Below are positions 20,332 through 29,311 of a DNA stretch of 64,000 bases, in pieces. Source of the stretch: Candidatus Cloacimonadales bacterium (GTDB taxonomy: Bacteria > Cloacimonadota > Cloacimonadia > Cloacimonadales > JAIOQZ01). The translations under genes and the position numbers were made by a program. The DNA is taken from contig OY771587.1 in the NCBI GenBank assembly GCA_963674825.1, positions 2,240,001-2,304,000 on the forward strand, read 5' to 3'. Within the stretch, counting starts at the first letter, position 1; each line of letters begins with the position of its first letter. The notes under the pieces were generated by a model. That model ran no database searches, was not told the DNA's origin, and saw only the letters and a list, made by a program, of their open reading frames with translations.

Positions 20332-21402
20332 CTATGGCATTGCGATCTTCTGAATGAAGCCAGTCAATCCGAATAATGGATGACCGACATGCCCATACAG
20401 GATGATCGATTCACCGTCGCGGACCGCGTCAGGTATCATCAGCACTTTGGGATCGAAGGAACTCAACATCTCGATCTTGCCGTCTTTGGTTATTTTCTGG
20501 ATGGCCACCAGCGTTGTGAGGTCAGGTTTTTCTTTTGATTTCTGTACGCCCAGTATCAGGTTATCAAGGAACTTCACCACGTATCCTTCGTAGGGGATTT
20601 CCATACCGGATTCGAGCATAAACAGGCGACTGTCTGATGGAACCGGTCCCGCGTCAGTTTTTGTGTATAGCGCTACCAGGCCGGTATTGCCGGTTGTGAA
20701 GTCTTTAACGCCAAGATTTGCATCAAATCCATCGACTGTCTTGATAGGCGTGATGGCGTGATTTTCCATATCCAGTTCGCTTATGGTAAGGATGCCGTCA
20801 TTTTTTGCACCTGCAAGGAGCATTCCTGAATCCTGCTTGATTCGATCGATCTCCTGTGGTATCAACCACGGACTTATCGCAATTTCATCTTCCGTAAAGG
20901 AATAGAGAAACGTGGAATCGTGATCGTAAACTACCAGGATTCCGCTATTGCCGGTAGAGAACAGGTCCATGCGAATAATGCGATCTGCGTCCATGATTGC
21001 TTCCGCATGCAACGGGTTTCCATTCTGATCGATATGCACGAGGTCGTAATGATAATATTCCGGATGCACGTATGTCTGCTGTAGCAGCCAGTAGCCATGA
21101 TTTGACTCAACGCACTTCTGGATTACTGCTAAAGAATCCAGATGGATCGTTGTGCGCCCGATTTCATTCAAATCCTGGTCGTACTTCAGTATCATATGTT
21201 TGGTTATTGGCTTGAGCACTTCCAGGGTACTCGCGAGAATTTCATAGGAGCCATCGCTTTGCGGAAAGACGCCGTGAATCATTGTGTTGGCATCTGGATT
21301 GACGATCTTGTATGGTGCATCTTTGAGTGCTGGAAATCCACACGAAATCAGAATCAGAAAAGTGATCGAGAGCATGAAAAGTATGCGAGTGTGCGTTTTC
21401 AT
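20332..21402 (-). CDS. Hypothetical lipoprotein (beta-rich)
   Basis: Lipobox LILISC; AAGGAG RBS; 356-aa ORF. Confidence 0.65.
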   Translation of the reverse strand: MKTHTRILFMLSITFLILISCGFPALKDAPYKIVNPDANTMIHGVFPQSDGSYEILASTLEVLKPITKHMILKYDQDLNEIGRTTIHLDSLAVIQKCVESNHGYWLLQQTYVHPEYYHYDLVHIDQNGNPLHAEAIMDADRIIRMDLFSTGNSGILVVYDHDSTFLYSFTEDEIAISPWLIPQEIDRIKQDSGMLLAGAKNDGILTISELDMENHAITPIKTVDGFDANLGVKDFTTGNTGLVALYTKTDAGPVPSDSRLFMLESGMEIPYEGYVVKFLDNLILGVQKSKEKPDLTTLVAIQKITKDGKIEMLSSFDPKVLMIPDAVRDGESIILYGHVGHPLFGLTGFIQKIAMP

Positions 21403-21467
21403 AAGGAACTCCTTGGTCAGGGTCGCTGATCTACTGCGTCTTTGGTAAATTTATTGATTATCCGTGA

Positions 21468-22568
21468 TCACAGAAGCGTGTTGATCACCTCATTGGAAAC
21501 GAAATAGCCCTTTGGCATAAGGCGTAGATGACCATCGATAATGCAGATATAGCCGTCGCGGATCAGCCGGAAGATTTCGGTTCCCTTCTCTTTCAGCAGG
21601 TCATGATGAAACCGCTCGTTATACTCATCGAGGTTGAGCCCGACGGTCTTACGCAGACTGAGCAGGATTATCTCTTTGCGGAGCTCTTCTTCGTATAGTT
21701 GGATCGCGTTGGGCATGATGTAGTTGTGTTCAATGTTCTCGATGTAAGCCTGGATATCCTCGCGGTTGGTGTAGCGCTTGCTGTCGATGAAGCCGGATGC
21801 GCCGGCACCGAGTCCAAGGTAATCGACCCCGTTCCAGTACGAGGTGTTATGGCGGCTGTGAAAGCCATCTTTGGCAAAGTTGGAGATCTCGTATTGCCCG
21901 TAATCGGAGAGACCTTTTCGTAGCGTGTCGTAAAAGTCCGTGACCAGATCGTCGTCCGGCAGGGTAGCGCCGAACATGGGTGCGTCGGGTTCCAGGCTGA
22001 GGCAGTAGGTGGAAATATGCTCTGGCTTCATCTCGCGAACGCGCTCGAGATTGTAAGCGATGTCATGCATCGTCTGGCCGGGGAGGCCGTACATCAGGTC
22101 GATGGAGATATTGTCGAAACCAGCTTGCCGTAGCTCATGGATCGTGTTGCGTGCCTGTTGTGCGTCATGGAGTCGGCCAAGGAGCATAAGCTCGCGGTCG
22201 ATGAACGATTGCACGCCGAGGCTGACACGGTTGATCAGTCTGCGGTAATCAGCGAGTGGTGCGGCGATGACAGCCGGATTCATTTCGATGGTTATCTCGG
22301 TATCGTCTGGGTAATCGAAGCAGGCGAGGATGGATTCGATATCCTGCGGTGTCAGCAGCGATGGCGTACCGCCCCCGAAGTAGATGGTTGAAGGCTGGAT
22401 ATCGTATTGCTCGTGGAAGAGATGGATTTCTCGCCGGAGTGCGCTGAGATAGCGTTTTCTATGAGATACAAAGCTATTATCGTCGATTGGCAGTGAGAAG
22501 AAGGAGCAATAGCCGCACTTCCTCTTGCAGAAAGGGATGTGGATATAGACGTGCCGGATCGGCGTCAT
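21468..22568 (-). CDS. hemW: Radical SAM heme chaperone HemW
   Basis: YIHIPFCxxxCxxC, YFGGGTPS, YEISNF, HN.xYW. Confidence 0.9.
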   Translation of the reverse strand: MTPIRHVYIHIPFCKRKCGYCSFFSLPIDDNSFVSHRKRYLSALRREIHLFHEQYDIQPSTIYFGGGTPSLLTPQDIESILACFDYPDDTEITIEMNPAVIAAPLADYRRLINRVSLGVQSFIDRELMLLGRLHDAQQARNTIHELRQAGFDNISIDLMYGLPGQTMHDIAYNLERVREMKPEHISTYCLSLEPDAPMFGATLPDDDLVTDFYDTLRKGLSDYGQYEISNFAKDGFHSRHNTSYWNGVDYLGLGAGASGFIDSKRYTNREDIQAYIENIEHNYIMPNAIQLYEEELRKEIILLSLRKTVGLNLDEYNERFHHDLLKEKGTEIFRLIRDGYICIIDGHLRLMPKGYFVSNEVINTLL

Positions 22569-23401
22569 CGGATCAGATTGAAGAAACGCTCCCAGCGGAT
22601 TCGTGAGGGAGGTTTCTTGCCCTGCTGCATCAACCTCATGGTGTAGGCGTATTCGTTCATGTTCTTGATCGGTTCTTCGCCAACGGAGAAGAAGATCAGC
22701 AGCGGTGTTCCGGTGATGCGTCTGCGATCAAGGAAGCCCCAGTAGCGGCTGTCGAGACTGCGATCGCGGTTGTCCCCCAATACGAAGTAGCTTCCTTCCG
22801 GTACAATAATCGGTCCGAAGTTGTCGCGCGTTCCCATCTCCTGTCCTTCGTACTCGCCGAAGTTGACATCAGCACCCGGGTAGCTCCCGCGGCTCCAAAC
22901 GATCTGATCTTCGATCAATTCGCCCTGGCGATTTCTGCCCATCCAATTCTGCGGATCGACGTGCTGCTCGTAATCGCGGATCATCACTTCGCCGTTAACA
23001 TAGACGCGCTGGTTGACGATCCTGATGCTGTCGCCCGGCATGCCGATAACCCGTTTCACGACGTTCTTGGGCGCGTGATAGGTGAAGAACATCTTGTCTC
23101 TGTCCCAGAAGATCGGGCCCAGCAATCGTTTGTAGTTCTCCGGCGGTTGCGGCGTGACCGGATCGGCTGGATACCGGAACGTGACGATGTCTTCCCATTC
23201 GGGGTCTTCAAACAGGAAGCTGATCTTGTCCGCCACCAGGTAGTCGCCGATAAGCATGGTCGATTCCATGGACGAAGAGGGAATCATGAAGTTCTGGAAG
23301 GTGTAGTTTCGGATCACCATCGCGACAACAAACGCGAACAGCAACGCCTCTACGTAATCCTGAACGATATTCTTTTTGCGCTGAATTTTCTTCTTTCTCA
23401 T
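22565..23401 (-). CDS. lepB: Signal peptidase I
   Basis: IPSSSMEST (Ser), VVKRVIG (Lys), GDNRDRSLDSRYWG. Confidence 0.95.
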   Translation of the reverse strand: MRKKKIQRKKNIVQDYVEALLFAFVVAMVIRNYTFQNFMIPSSSMESTMLIGDYLVADKISFLFEDPEWEDIVTFRYPADPVTPQPPENYKRLLGPIFWDRDKMFFTYHAPKNVVKRVIGMPGDSIRIVNQRVYVNGEVMIRDYEQHVDPQNWMGRNRQGELIEDQIVWSRGSYPGADVNFGEYEGQEMGTRDNFGPIIVPEGSYFVLGDNRDRSLDSRYWGFLDRRRITGTPLLIFFSVGEEPIKNMNEYAYTMRLMQQGKKPPSRIRWERFFNLIR

Positions 23402-23562
23402 ATTGATACCTGTAATCCAAACGCATTTCCAGATGAGTCGTGTCAAGAAAAACGTGGTGGAGGCTGTTATATTGAGGAGTTGATCTTTTCAGAAAGAAAT
23501 CATTTGACAGTAATTGAGCGACAAAGCATTCATTTAATAAATAAGTTAGGTGTCGAGAAAAG

Positions 23563-24395
23563 ATGCAATACTATTGTTTGAATAACACACATTGCGATTA
23601 TGAAGGCTTCAGGCAGATAATTGAGTTGTATCATTACTGTCGTAAATTCGAATTTACTCAAATTCCAATCCAATTGAATTCATGGTTCAGCGCTAACCTA
23701 TGCTCATGCCTTGGTGGAATTCTTGATCTAACTGATAATAATTTTCTTTTTCAGTTTCAAGAGCCGAAAACACAAGAAATATTTCAACGTAATGGTTTTT
23801 ATCTCATTTCTCTTATCCGAGAATGAGAGATGGGTATCAGACAACAATTGAATACTTAAAATTAAAGCCAGAGCATGGAAGGTATTTTACGGAGGTATTG
23901 GTAACGAAATTATTGAGCCATCCAGAATACCCTGATTTGGCAAGTGAAGCGAAAAAGAAAATTTACGAGTCGATATTAGAGATTTTTGATAACGCTAAGC
24001 ATCATAGTGAAACTATGCAAATTTATACTTGTGGGCAATATTTTCCCCAAAAGAATTCTATTAAATATACAATTACGGATACAGGGATTGGAATTCCGGA
24101 ACGGATTTTCAAAACCTATGGTAGAAAACTCGATTCGAGACGGGCTATTGAATGGGCAATAGAATATGCTAACTCAACGAAGCAAAATGCATCAGGGGGA
24201 ATTGGACTATATGACTTAAAAGATTTCATTGCCAAAAATCAAGGACGGATTCATATTGTCAGTGCTGATGGATTTTATGAATTGGATCCTTCGGGTGAAA
24301 GGTTTTTGCTATTTGATAAGCCTTTCCCGGGAACGATTGTTAACATGGAATTTTGCACTAAGAGTGCGCCTGTAAGTGCAGAATATGAAGTTTAA
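23563..24395 (+). pseudogene. GHKL/HATPase anti-sigma-like kinase split into two ORFs (23563-23826 and 23823-24395) by an apparent 1-nt deletion in a T run
   Basis: N-box EIFDNAKHHS, G1 ITDTGIGI, G2 STK..SGGIGL, FPGT; adding one T at 23796-23800 gives a continuous 277-aa frame (QRNGFLSHFSYPRMRDGYQTTIEY). Confidence 0.7.
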
Positions 24396-24406
24396 GGGGA
24401 GAAGTA

Positions 24407-24754
24407 ATGGAGCAGTTCAAGTTAGATATCTATAATATTGTGGGGAGCGAATATTGCATTGAATCGGGAGATGGTGAGCACGTCTTCAGCGTGATAAATA
24501 GAGCGCTTGATAGTGGAAAGCAAGTTCTGCTTTCTTTTAATAACATTGATATTGTCACTACAGCTTTTCTAAATCCTGCGATAGGTAGGCTCCTTGAAAA
24601 GCACGCAAAAAGTGAGATTTATAGTAGGATCATTTTTTCGGATATCTCTGAGTCTGACATGATAAAAGTAGAACGTGTTATCGAAACAGCGGAATTGTAT
24701 TACAAGGATCCTGATAGAATGCAAAGATCTGTTGATAGCGTTTATGAGGATTAA
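24407..24754 (+). CDS. STAS-like domain protein (DUF4325)
   Basis: G..VF..I...L......LSF.NI....TAFLN.AIG.L pattern; 115 aa; follows the GHKL gene. Confidence 0.8.
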   Translation: MEQFKLDIYNIVGSEYCIESGDGEHVFSVINRALDSGKQVLLSFNNIDIVTTAFLNPAIGRLLEKHAKSEIYSRIIFSDISESDMIKVERVIETAELYYKDPDRMQRSVDSVYED

Positions 24755-24757
24755 TGT

Positions 24758-25300
24758 ATGAATCGGCGATACTGCAAAGGAGACATCGCTTCTTTTTCAG
24801 ATCAGACCGTATTCTTCGATGCAAATGTATTGCTGTATTTATTCTATCCTGCATATTCCAAGAATCATTGGGTACCGAAATATTCAAGTATTTTTGGCGC
24901 ATTGATGAGAGACAAAATAAATATCGTTGTGGATTTCATGGTTCTTTCTGAATTTGTAAATCGCATATTAAGGGAGTCTTACAAAGATAGATGCAGGAAA
25001 AAAAAGGTGTCTCAACAAAAGTATTCATACAAAAAATTCAGGAATTCAAGGGTATGCATAAAATTGGAAAACAGTATATATGATTGGATTAGAAATGACA
25101 TTTTAAAGGTGTGCTCAATTTATTCATATTCAATATCCGAATCGGACGTACAGTCAATACTTACAGTGAGTGAGCTCGATTTCCAAGACAAACTCATTGA
25201 AAAAGTATGCAGGGATAACGATTTCATTCTCTGCACAAACGACTCAGATTTTAAAAATTCGGATATTGATATTCTGAGCGCACATCCTGACTTAAGCTGA
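24758..25300 (+). CDS. PIN-domain nuclease (putative toxin/effector)
   Basis: FFDANVLL, VLSEFVN, LDFQD, CTNDSDF acidic tetrad. Confidence 0.85.
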   Translation: MNRRYCKGDIASFSDQTVFFDANVLLYLFYPAYSKNHWVPKYSSIFGALMRDKINIVVDFMVLSEFVNRILRESYKDRCRKKKVSQQKYSYKKFRNSRVCIKLENSIYDWIRNDILKVCSIYSYSISESDVQSILTVSELDFQDKLIEKVCRDNDFILCTNDSDFKNSDIDILSAHPDLS

Positions 25301-25428
25301 TCTTCTTCCCAATAATATCGTCAATTTAACAAGCTCCTCGCTCCCATCTCTTTTTCCTTGACGGAAATTGTATCGAAACCAGATTTTTATGGTACGATAC
25401 GAAAATGTATGGTACACAGGAAGGTTCG

Positions 25429-26106
25429 ATGATATATTCAAAATTACTTGAACGCTATGATAATATCGTGCATGGATTTGGCACGGTCAGAGATTCATTG
25501 CTGGACATACAGAACGCCTGCAAGCCGCTTTTTGGCGGAGCGAATCCAGCGCTGATTCAGGCGGAACAGGTGCACGATGCCAAAGTGGCGATTGTGCACA
25601 ACAACATTTACACAGGTAGCGCCCCCATCCGTAACATGGACGGGCTGATCACTCGCGATATGGATACGGTGGTCATCGTTCGCAGCGCGGACTGCATCCC
25701 GATCCTGATCTACGACCCGGTGAAGAAGGTTTGCGGAGCTATACATGCCGGACGCAGAAGTATCACCAAGGGCATCGTCGAGAACGCTGTGCAGATGTTC
25801 AAGGGACGCTTCAGCAGCCAGGTGGAAAACCTGCTGGTGGTGCTCGGTCCCGCAATCTGCAAGGATCACTACCAGGTGGACCAGAAGACACAGGATATCT
25901 TCGTCTCGGTAACGGGCATCGCGCAGGAGAAAGGCGTGATCGACCTCACCGGTGCGGTTGTCCAGAAGCTGGAAAAGCTCGGGCTGCCGAAGAAGAATCT
26001 GGACGTGATTGATATCTGTACATTTGAGCACGAAGATTTCCATTCCTACCGTCAGAAGAAGACGGAACAAAGACAATACTCCTACATCGGATTGAAGCAT
26101 GACTGA
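25429..26106 (+). CDS. pgeF: YfiH/PgeF (laccase-domain) purine nucleoside phosphorylase family
   Basis: QVH, DGLIT, ADCIP, AIHAG, GPAI, CT...FHSYR. Confidence 0.88.
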   Translation: MIYSKLLERYDNIVHGFGTVRDSLLDIQNACKPLFGGANPALIQAEQVHDAKVAIVHNNIYTGSAPIRNMDGLITRDMDTVVIVRSADCIPILIYDPVKKVCGAIHAGRRSITKGIVENAVQMFKGRFSSQVENLLVVLGPAICKDHYQVDQKTQDIFVSVTGIAQEKGVIDLTGAVVQKLEKLGLPKKNLDVIDICTFEHEDFHSYRQKKTEQRQYSYIGLKHD

Positions 26107-27415
26107 TATTCTTACCGATCCCAATGGACTCTTGACACTGCAAATACGTGATGACGGCGCATGGCTTACCATGCTCAACGCGAATGAGATTATCAATGAA
26201 CAGGCGATCTTGGAGCTTATCGAAGGCGCAGGAATCGTGGAAGGTTTTGAGCGTGCGCGCGACTACATGGATGTTCACTACCTGGAGCGCAACTTCGGCG
26301 AACCGTTTCCCATCGCGCTCAATCAGATGCCGGCTCAACCACAGATCGAATTTACACCGCTGTTCGACGAGAATAGATGTATCGATCCGGATCATTACAG
26401 CTTCAACGAGCTGGGAAATCTTGTTACAACAGAACCGGGCAAGCCACTGGCGCACCTCTTCGTGACGCGCTCAGGCAGTCCCGGGAAAGACATCTATGGC
26501 GACGCTATCTCGCCCTCCATGGACGATCAGGAAGCGTTGGAATCGAAGCTGGGTACGAATGTCCGATTCGATGAGGATATGAGTCAGATTATTGCGGAAT
26601 CAGCCGGATATCCATATATCGATGCTGAAGGCCGTGTCTGCGTAAAAAGCGAGTTCGTGGTGGAAGGTGATATCGACCTGAACCAGGATAATTTCAAGCT
26701 CTTTGCCAGTCTGATAGTCAATGGTAATATTCAGGACAAGATCAACATCGAACTTGCCGGAAATCTGGAAGTAAATGGCGATATTGTCGATTCTTCGATC
26801 AAGGCAGAGGGCGATATCAAGGTTTACGGAGATATCTTGAATTGCCAGGAGGCAGGCATCTTCTCGCGCGGCAATATCGAGTTCGAGAACGCGGAAAACG
26901 CGTTCTTGATGGCGGCCGGAAAGATTCGCTTTACCGAGCATGCCAATTTCTGTAAGATGATCTGCGAACGCGCGATTCAGGGCGATGCCGAGAAGAGCTC
27001 GGTTGTTGGGGGCATGGTTCAATGTGGTGGCGATGTGGAAGTTGCGGTTCTTGGCAGTACAGGTGCGATTGGAACGGAAGTTGAGATTACCATCAGTCCC
27101 TACAACAAAGAGCGGATGCTGCATCTAACCAAGAAACTGAGCGATTTACGCCGGAATGAAACAAACAACGAAGCTGAAATCGCGTTCATTGAAGCTACGC
27201 TGGAAGATCTGGAAAATCGGCTTGAAGAAGAGATCAACCGCACGCTTCTTTCCGACGAAACAAAACCCAAACATATCGTTGCATATAAAAAGGTATTTCC
27301 TGGAACATATGTCCGGATTCTGAAGAAATCCCGAACCATCACCGAAGAGTATGATAAGATATCTTTCTCGCTGATCGATGGTGATTTGGTGATGGAATCG
27401 TATCTGGTGGACTGA
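26099..27415 (+). CDS. DUF342/FapA family protein
   Basis: PG.DIYG, beta-helical V.GDI repeats, GG..QCG, LGS..A..T, coiled coil, VFPGT. Confidence 0.8.
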   Translation: MTDILTDPNGLLTLQIRDDGAWLTMLNANEIINEQAILELIEGAGIVEGFERARDYMDVHYLERNFGEPFPIALNQMPAQPQIEFTPLFDENRCIDPDHYSFNELGNLVTTEPGKPLAHLFVTRSGSPGKDIYGDAISPSMDDQEALESKLGTNVRFDEDMSQIIAESAGYPYIDAEGRVCVKSEFVVEGDIDLNQDNFKLFASLIVNGNIQDKINIELAGNLEVNGDIVDSSIKAEGDIKVYGDILNCQEAGIFSRGNIEFENAENAFLMAAGKIRFTEHANFCKMICERAIQGDAEKSSVVGGMVQCGGDVEVAVLGSTGAIGTEVEITISPYNKERMLHLTKKLSDLRRNETNNEAEIAFIEATLEDLENRLEEEINRTLLSDETKPKHIVAYKKVFPGTYVRILKKSRTITEEYDKISFSLIDGDLVMESYLVD

Positions 27416-27440
27416 CAGATAGAAACAGATTGGAGAGAGC

Positions 27441-27674
27441 ATGATTTTTATTGTACTTGGAATTCTACTGGTCGTTGGATTCCTCAGTTACAAGACCTAC
27501 CGCGCGGATAAGGAACACAATGTTTTTTACTACTACACAGCTGTTGCTGTACTGATCTTTGTTCTGGGCGGTAAATTCGTGACCGGAACGAACATGACGC
27601 ATTTGATTCTGGCCGTGAGCTTCCTTGTTGCGCACATGGTGGGTGTTTTTGCCCGCACATGGGATCAGTGGTGA
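27441..27674 (+). CDS. Small hydrophobic membrane protein
   Basis: Three hydrophobic segments, GGAGA RBS, operon context. Confidence 0.6.
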   Translation: MIFIVLGILLVVGFLSYKTYRADKEHNVFYYYTAVAVLIFVLGGKFVTGTNMTHLILAVSFLVAHMVGVFARTWDQW

Positions 27675-27735
27675 TCCCTTCTGAAATCCCGATAGAAATC
27701 GCATTACGATACTATACAATCAGAAGGAGGAATCT

Positions 27736-29259
27736 ATGGCGATTGTCCTGAACGGAACTGGTTTAACAGTTGAGAAACTTGTCCGGATCGCACGTCACAA
27801 CGAGAAGGTGGAGCTTCATCCAGACGCGGTGGGGCGCATCAACAGATGTCGCGAGATGCTCGAGAAGAAGATACGTCAGCATGAGATCATGTATGGCGTT
27901 AACACGGGTATCGGAGAATTTTCCGAGGTGGTTCTGAGCGATGAGCAGATCAAGGATTTTCAGAAATACTTGATCTATAATCACGCAGCCGGAATCGGAG
28001 ATCCTGCTCCGATCGAGTACGTGCGCGGCGCAATGACAAGTCGTGCGAACATCCTTTCCAAAGGGCATTCAGGCTGTCGTCTGCAGATCGTTGAGACGCT
28101 TATTGCGATGCTCAACGAAGGCGTAACTCCTTATGTATGCCAGAAAGGTTCTGTGGGAGCCTGCGGTGATCTTGCACCGATGTCGCAGATTGCGCTGATG
28201 ATGATGGGTGAAGGCCATGCCTATTACAAGGGCGAACTCCTTCCCGGCAAAGAAGCGCTTGATCGCGCCGGCATTCCGATCCCCGGACTGGAAGCGCGCG
28301 ACGGGCTTGCGACAATCAATGGCTCGAATCTCCTTACCGCAATGAGTGCGATCATGCTTTATGATACGGATCGCTGGCTCCGCCAGGCTGAGATCGCATG
28401 TGCGATGTCGCTGGAAGCTTTGCTGGCAAACATGAAGCCGTATCATCCGCTTCTGCATGAAATTCGTGGATTCCAGGGCGCACAGCGTGCCGCCAAGGCA
28501 ATCCGTACGGTTCTTGAAGGCGGCGACGTCTATGAAGGCAACATCAAGATGAAGGTTCAGGACGCCTACTCGATGCGTTCCGCTCCGCAGGTTATCGGCG
28601 CTGCGCACGACCAGGTGCGCTGGGCGAAATCGCAGGTGGAAATCGAGCTCAACAATGTGGGCGACAATCCAATCTTTTTCCCGGAACACAATCTTCAGCT
28701 TTCCGGCGCAAACTTCCAGGGATCACCTGTTAGCGTACCCATGGATATGGTCGGCGCGGTTGTGACGATGGTATCGGTAATGTCCGAACGCCGTATGAAC
28801 CGGCTCAATCACCCAGCGCTCAATATCGGCCTGCCGGCGTTCCTGACCAAGGGCGCGGGTATGATGTCCGGTTTAATGTTGAGCCAATATACAGCCGATA
28901 TGCAGATCGTCGAGCAGCGCATTCTCTCCATGCCTGCCTCGATCCAGTCCATTCCCGCGGCAGCAGATCAGGAAGACTTCGTATCGATGGGGATGAACAC
29001 CGCGATCAAGAACTTCCAGATCATGGACAACGCCTACGGAATCTTGGGAATCGAATTCATGGCGGCTGCACAAGCGCTTGATTTCCGTGATCTGAAGTTG
29101 GGCAAGGGAACCGGCAAAGCGAAGGAAATCATACGCAAGTACGTCGAGTTCCTCGATATCGATCGACCGCTCTATCCCGATCACACCAAGATGAAAGAGC
29201 TGGTCAAGTCATGTGAAATCCTGGAGGCGGTCGAAGAAGTCGTCGGACCGCTCGAATAA
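27736..29259 (+). CDS. hutH: Histidine ammonia-lyase / aromatic amino acid lyase family
   Basis: YGVNTG.G, GSVGACGDLAP (MIO site), GLA.ING, QDAYSMR, DNP, GANF.G, QEDFVSMG. Confidence 0.85.
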   Translation: MAIVLNGTGLTVEKLVRIARHNEKVELHPDAVGRINRCREMLEKKIRQHEIMYGVNTGIGEFSEVVLSDEQIKDFQKYLIYNHAAGIGDPAPIEYVRGAMTSRANILSKGHSGCRLQIVETLIAMLNEGVTPYVCQKGSVGACGDLAPMSQIALMMMGEGHAYYKGELLPGKEALDRAGIPIPGLEARDGLATINGSNLLTAMSAIMLYDTDRWLRQAEIACAMSLEALLANMKPYHPLLHEIRGFQGAQRAAKAIRTVLEGGDVYEGNIKMKVQDAYSMRSAPQVIGAAHDQVRWAKSQVEIELNNVGDNPIFFPEHNLQLSGANFQGSPVSVPMDMVGAVVTMVSVMSERRMNRLNHPALNIGLPAFLTKGAGMMSGLMLSQYTADMQIVEQRILSMPASIQSIPAAADQEDFVSMGMNTAIKNFQIMDNAYGILGIEFMAAAQALDFRDLKLGKGTGKAKEIIRKYVEFLDIDRPLYPDHTKMKELVKSCEILEAVEEVVGPLE

Positions 29260-29270
29260 ATTATTAACAC

Positions 29271-29303
29271 GCCGTCGGGGATTTCTCCCCGACGGCATAC
29301 TTT
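29271..29303 (+). terminator. Hairpin/terminator after hutH
   Basis: GCCGTCGGGG-atttct-CCCCGACGGC perfect stem with a weak T tail. Confidence 0.6.
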
Positions 29304-29311
29304 GGAATAGA

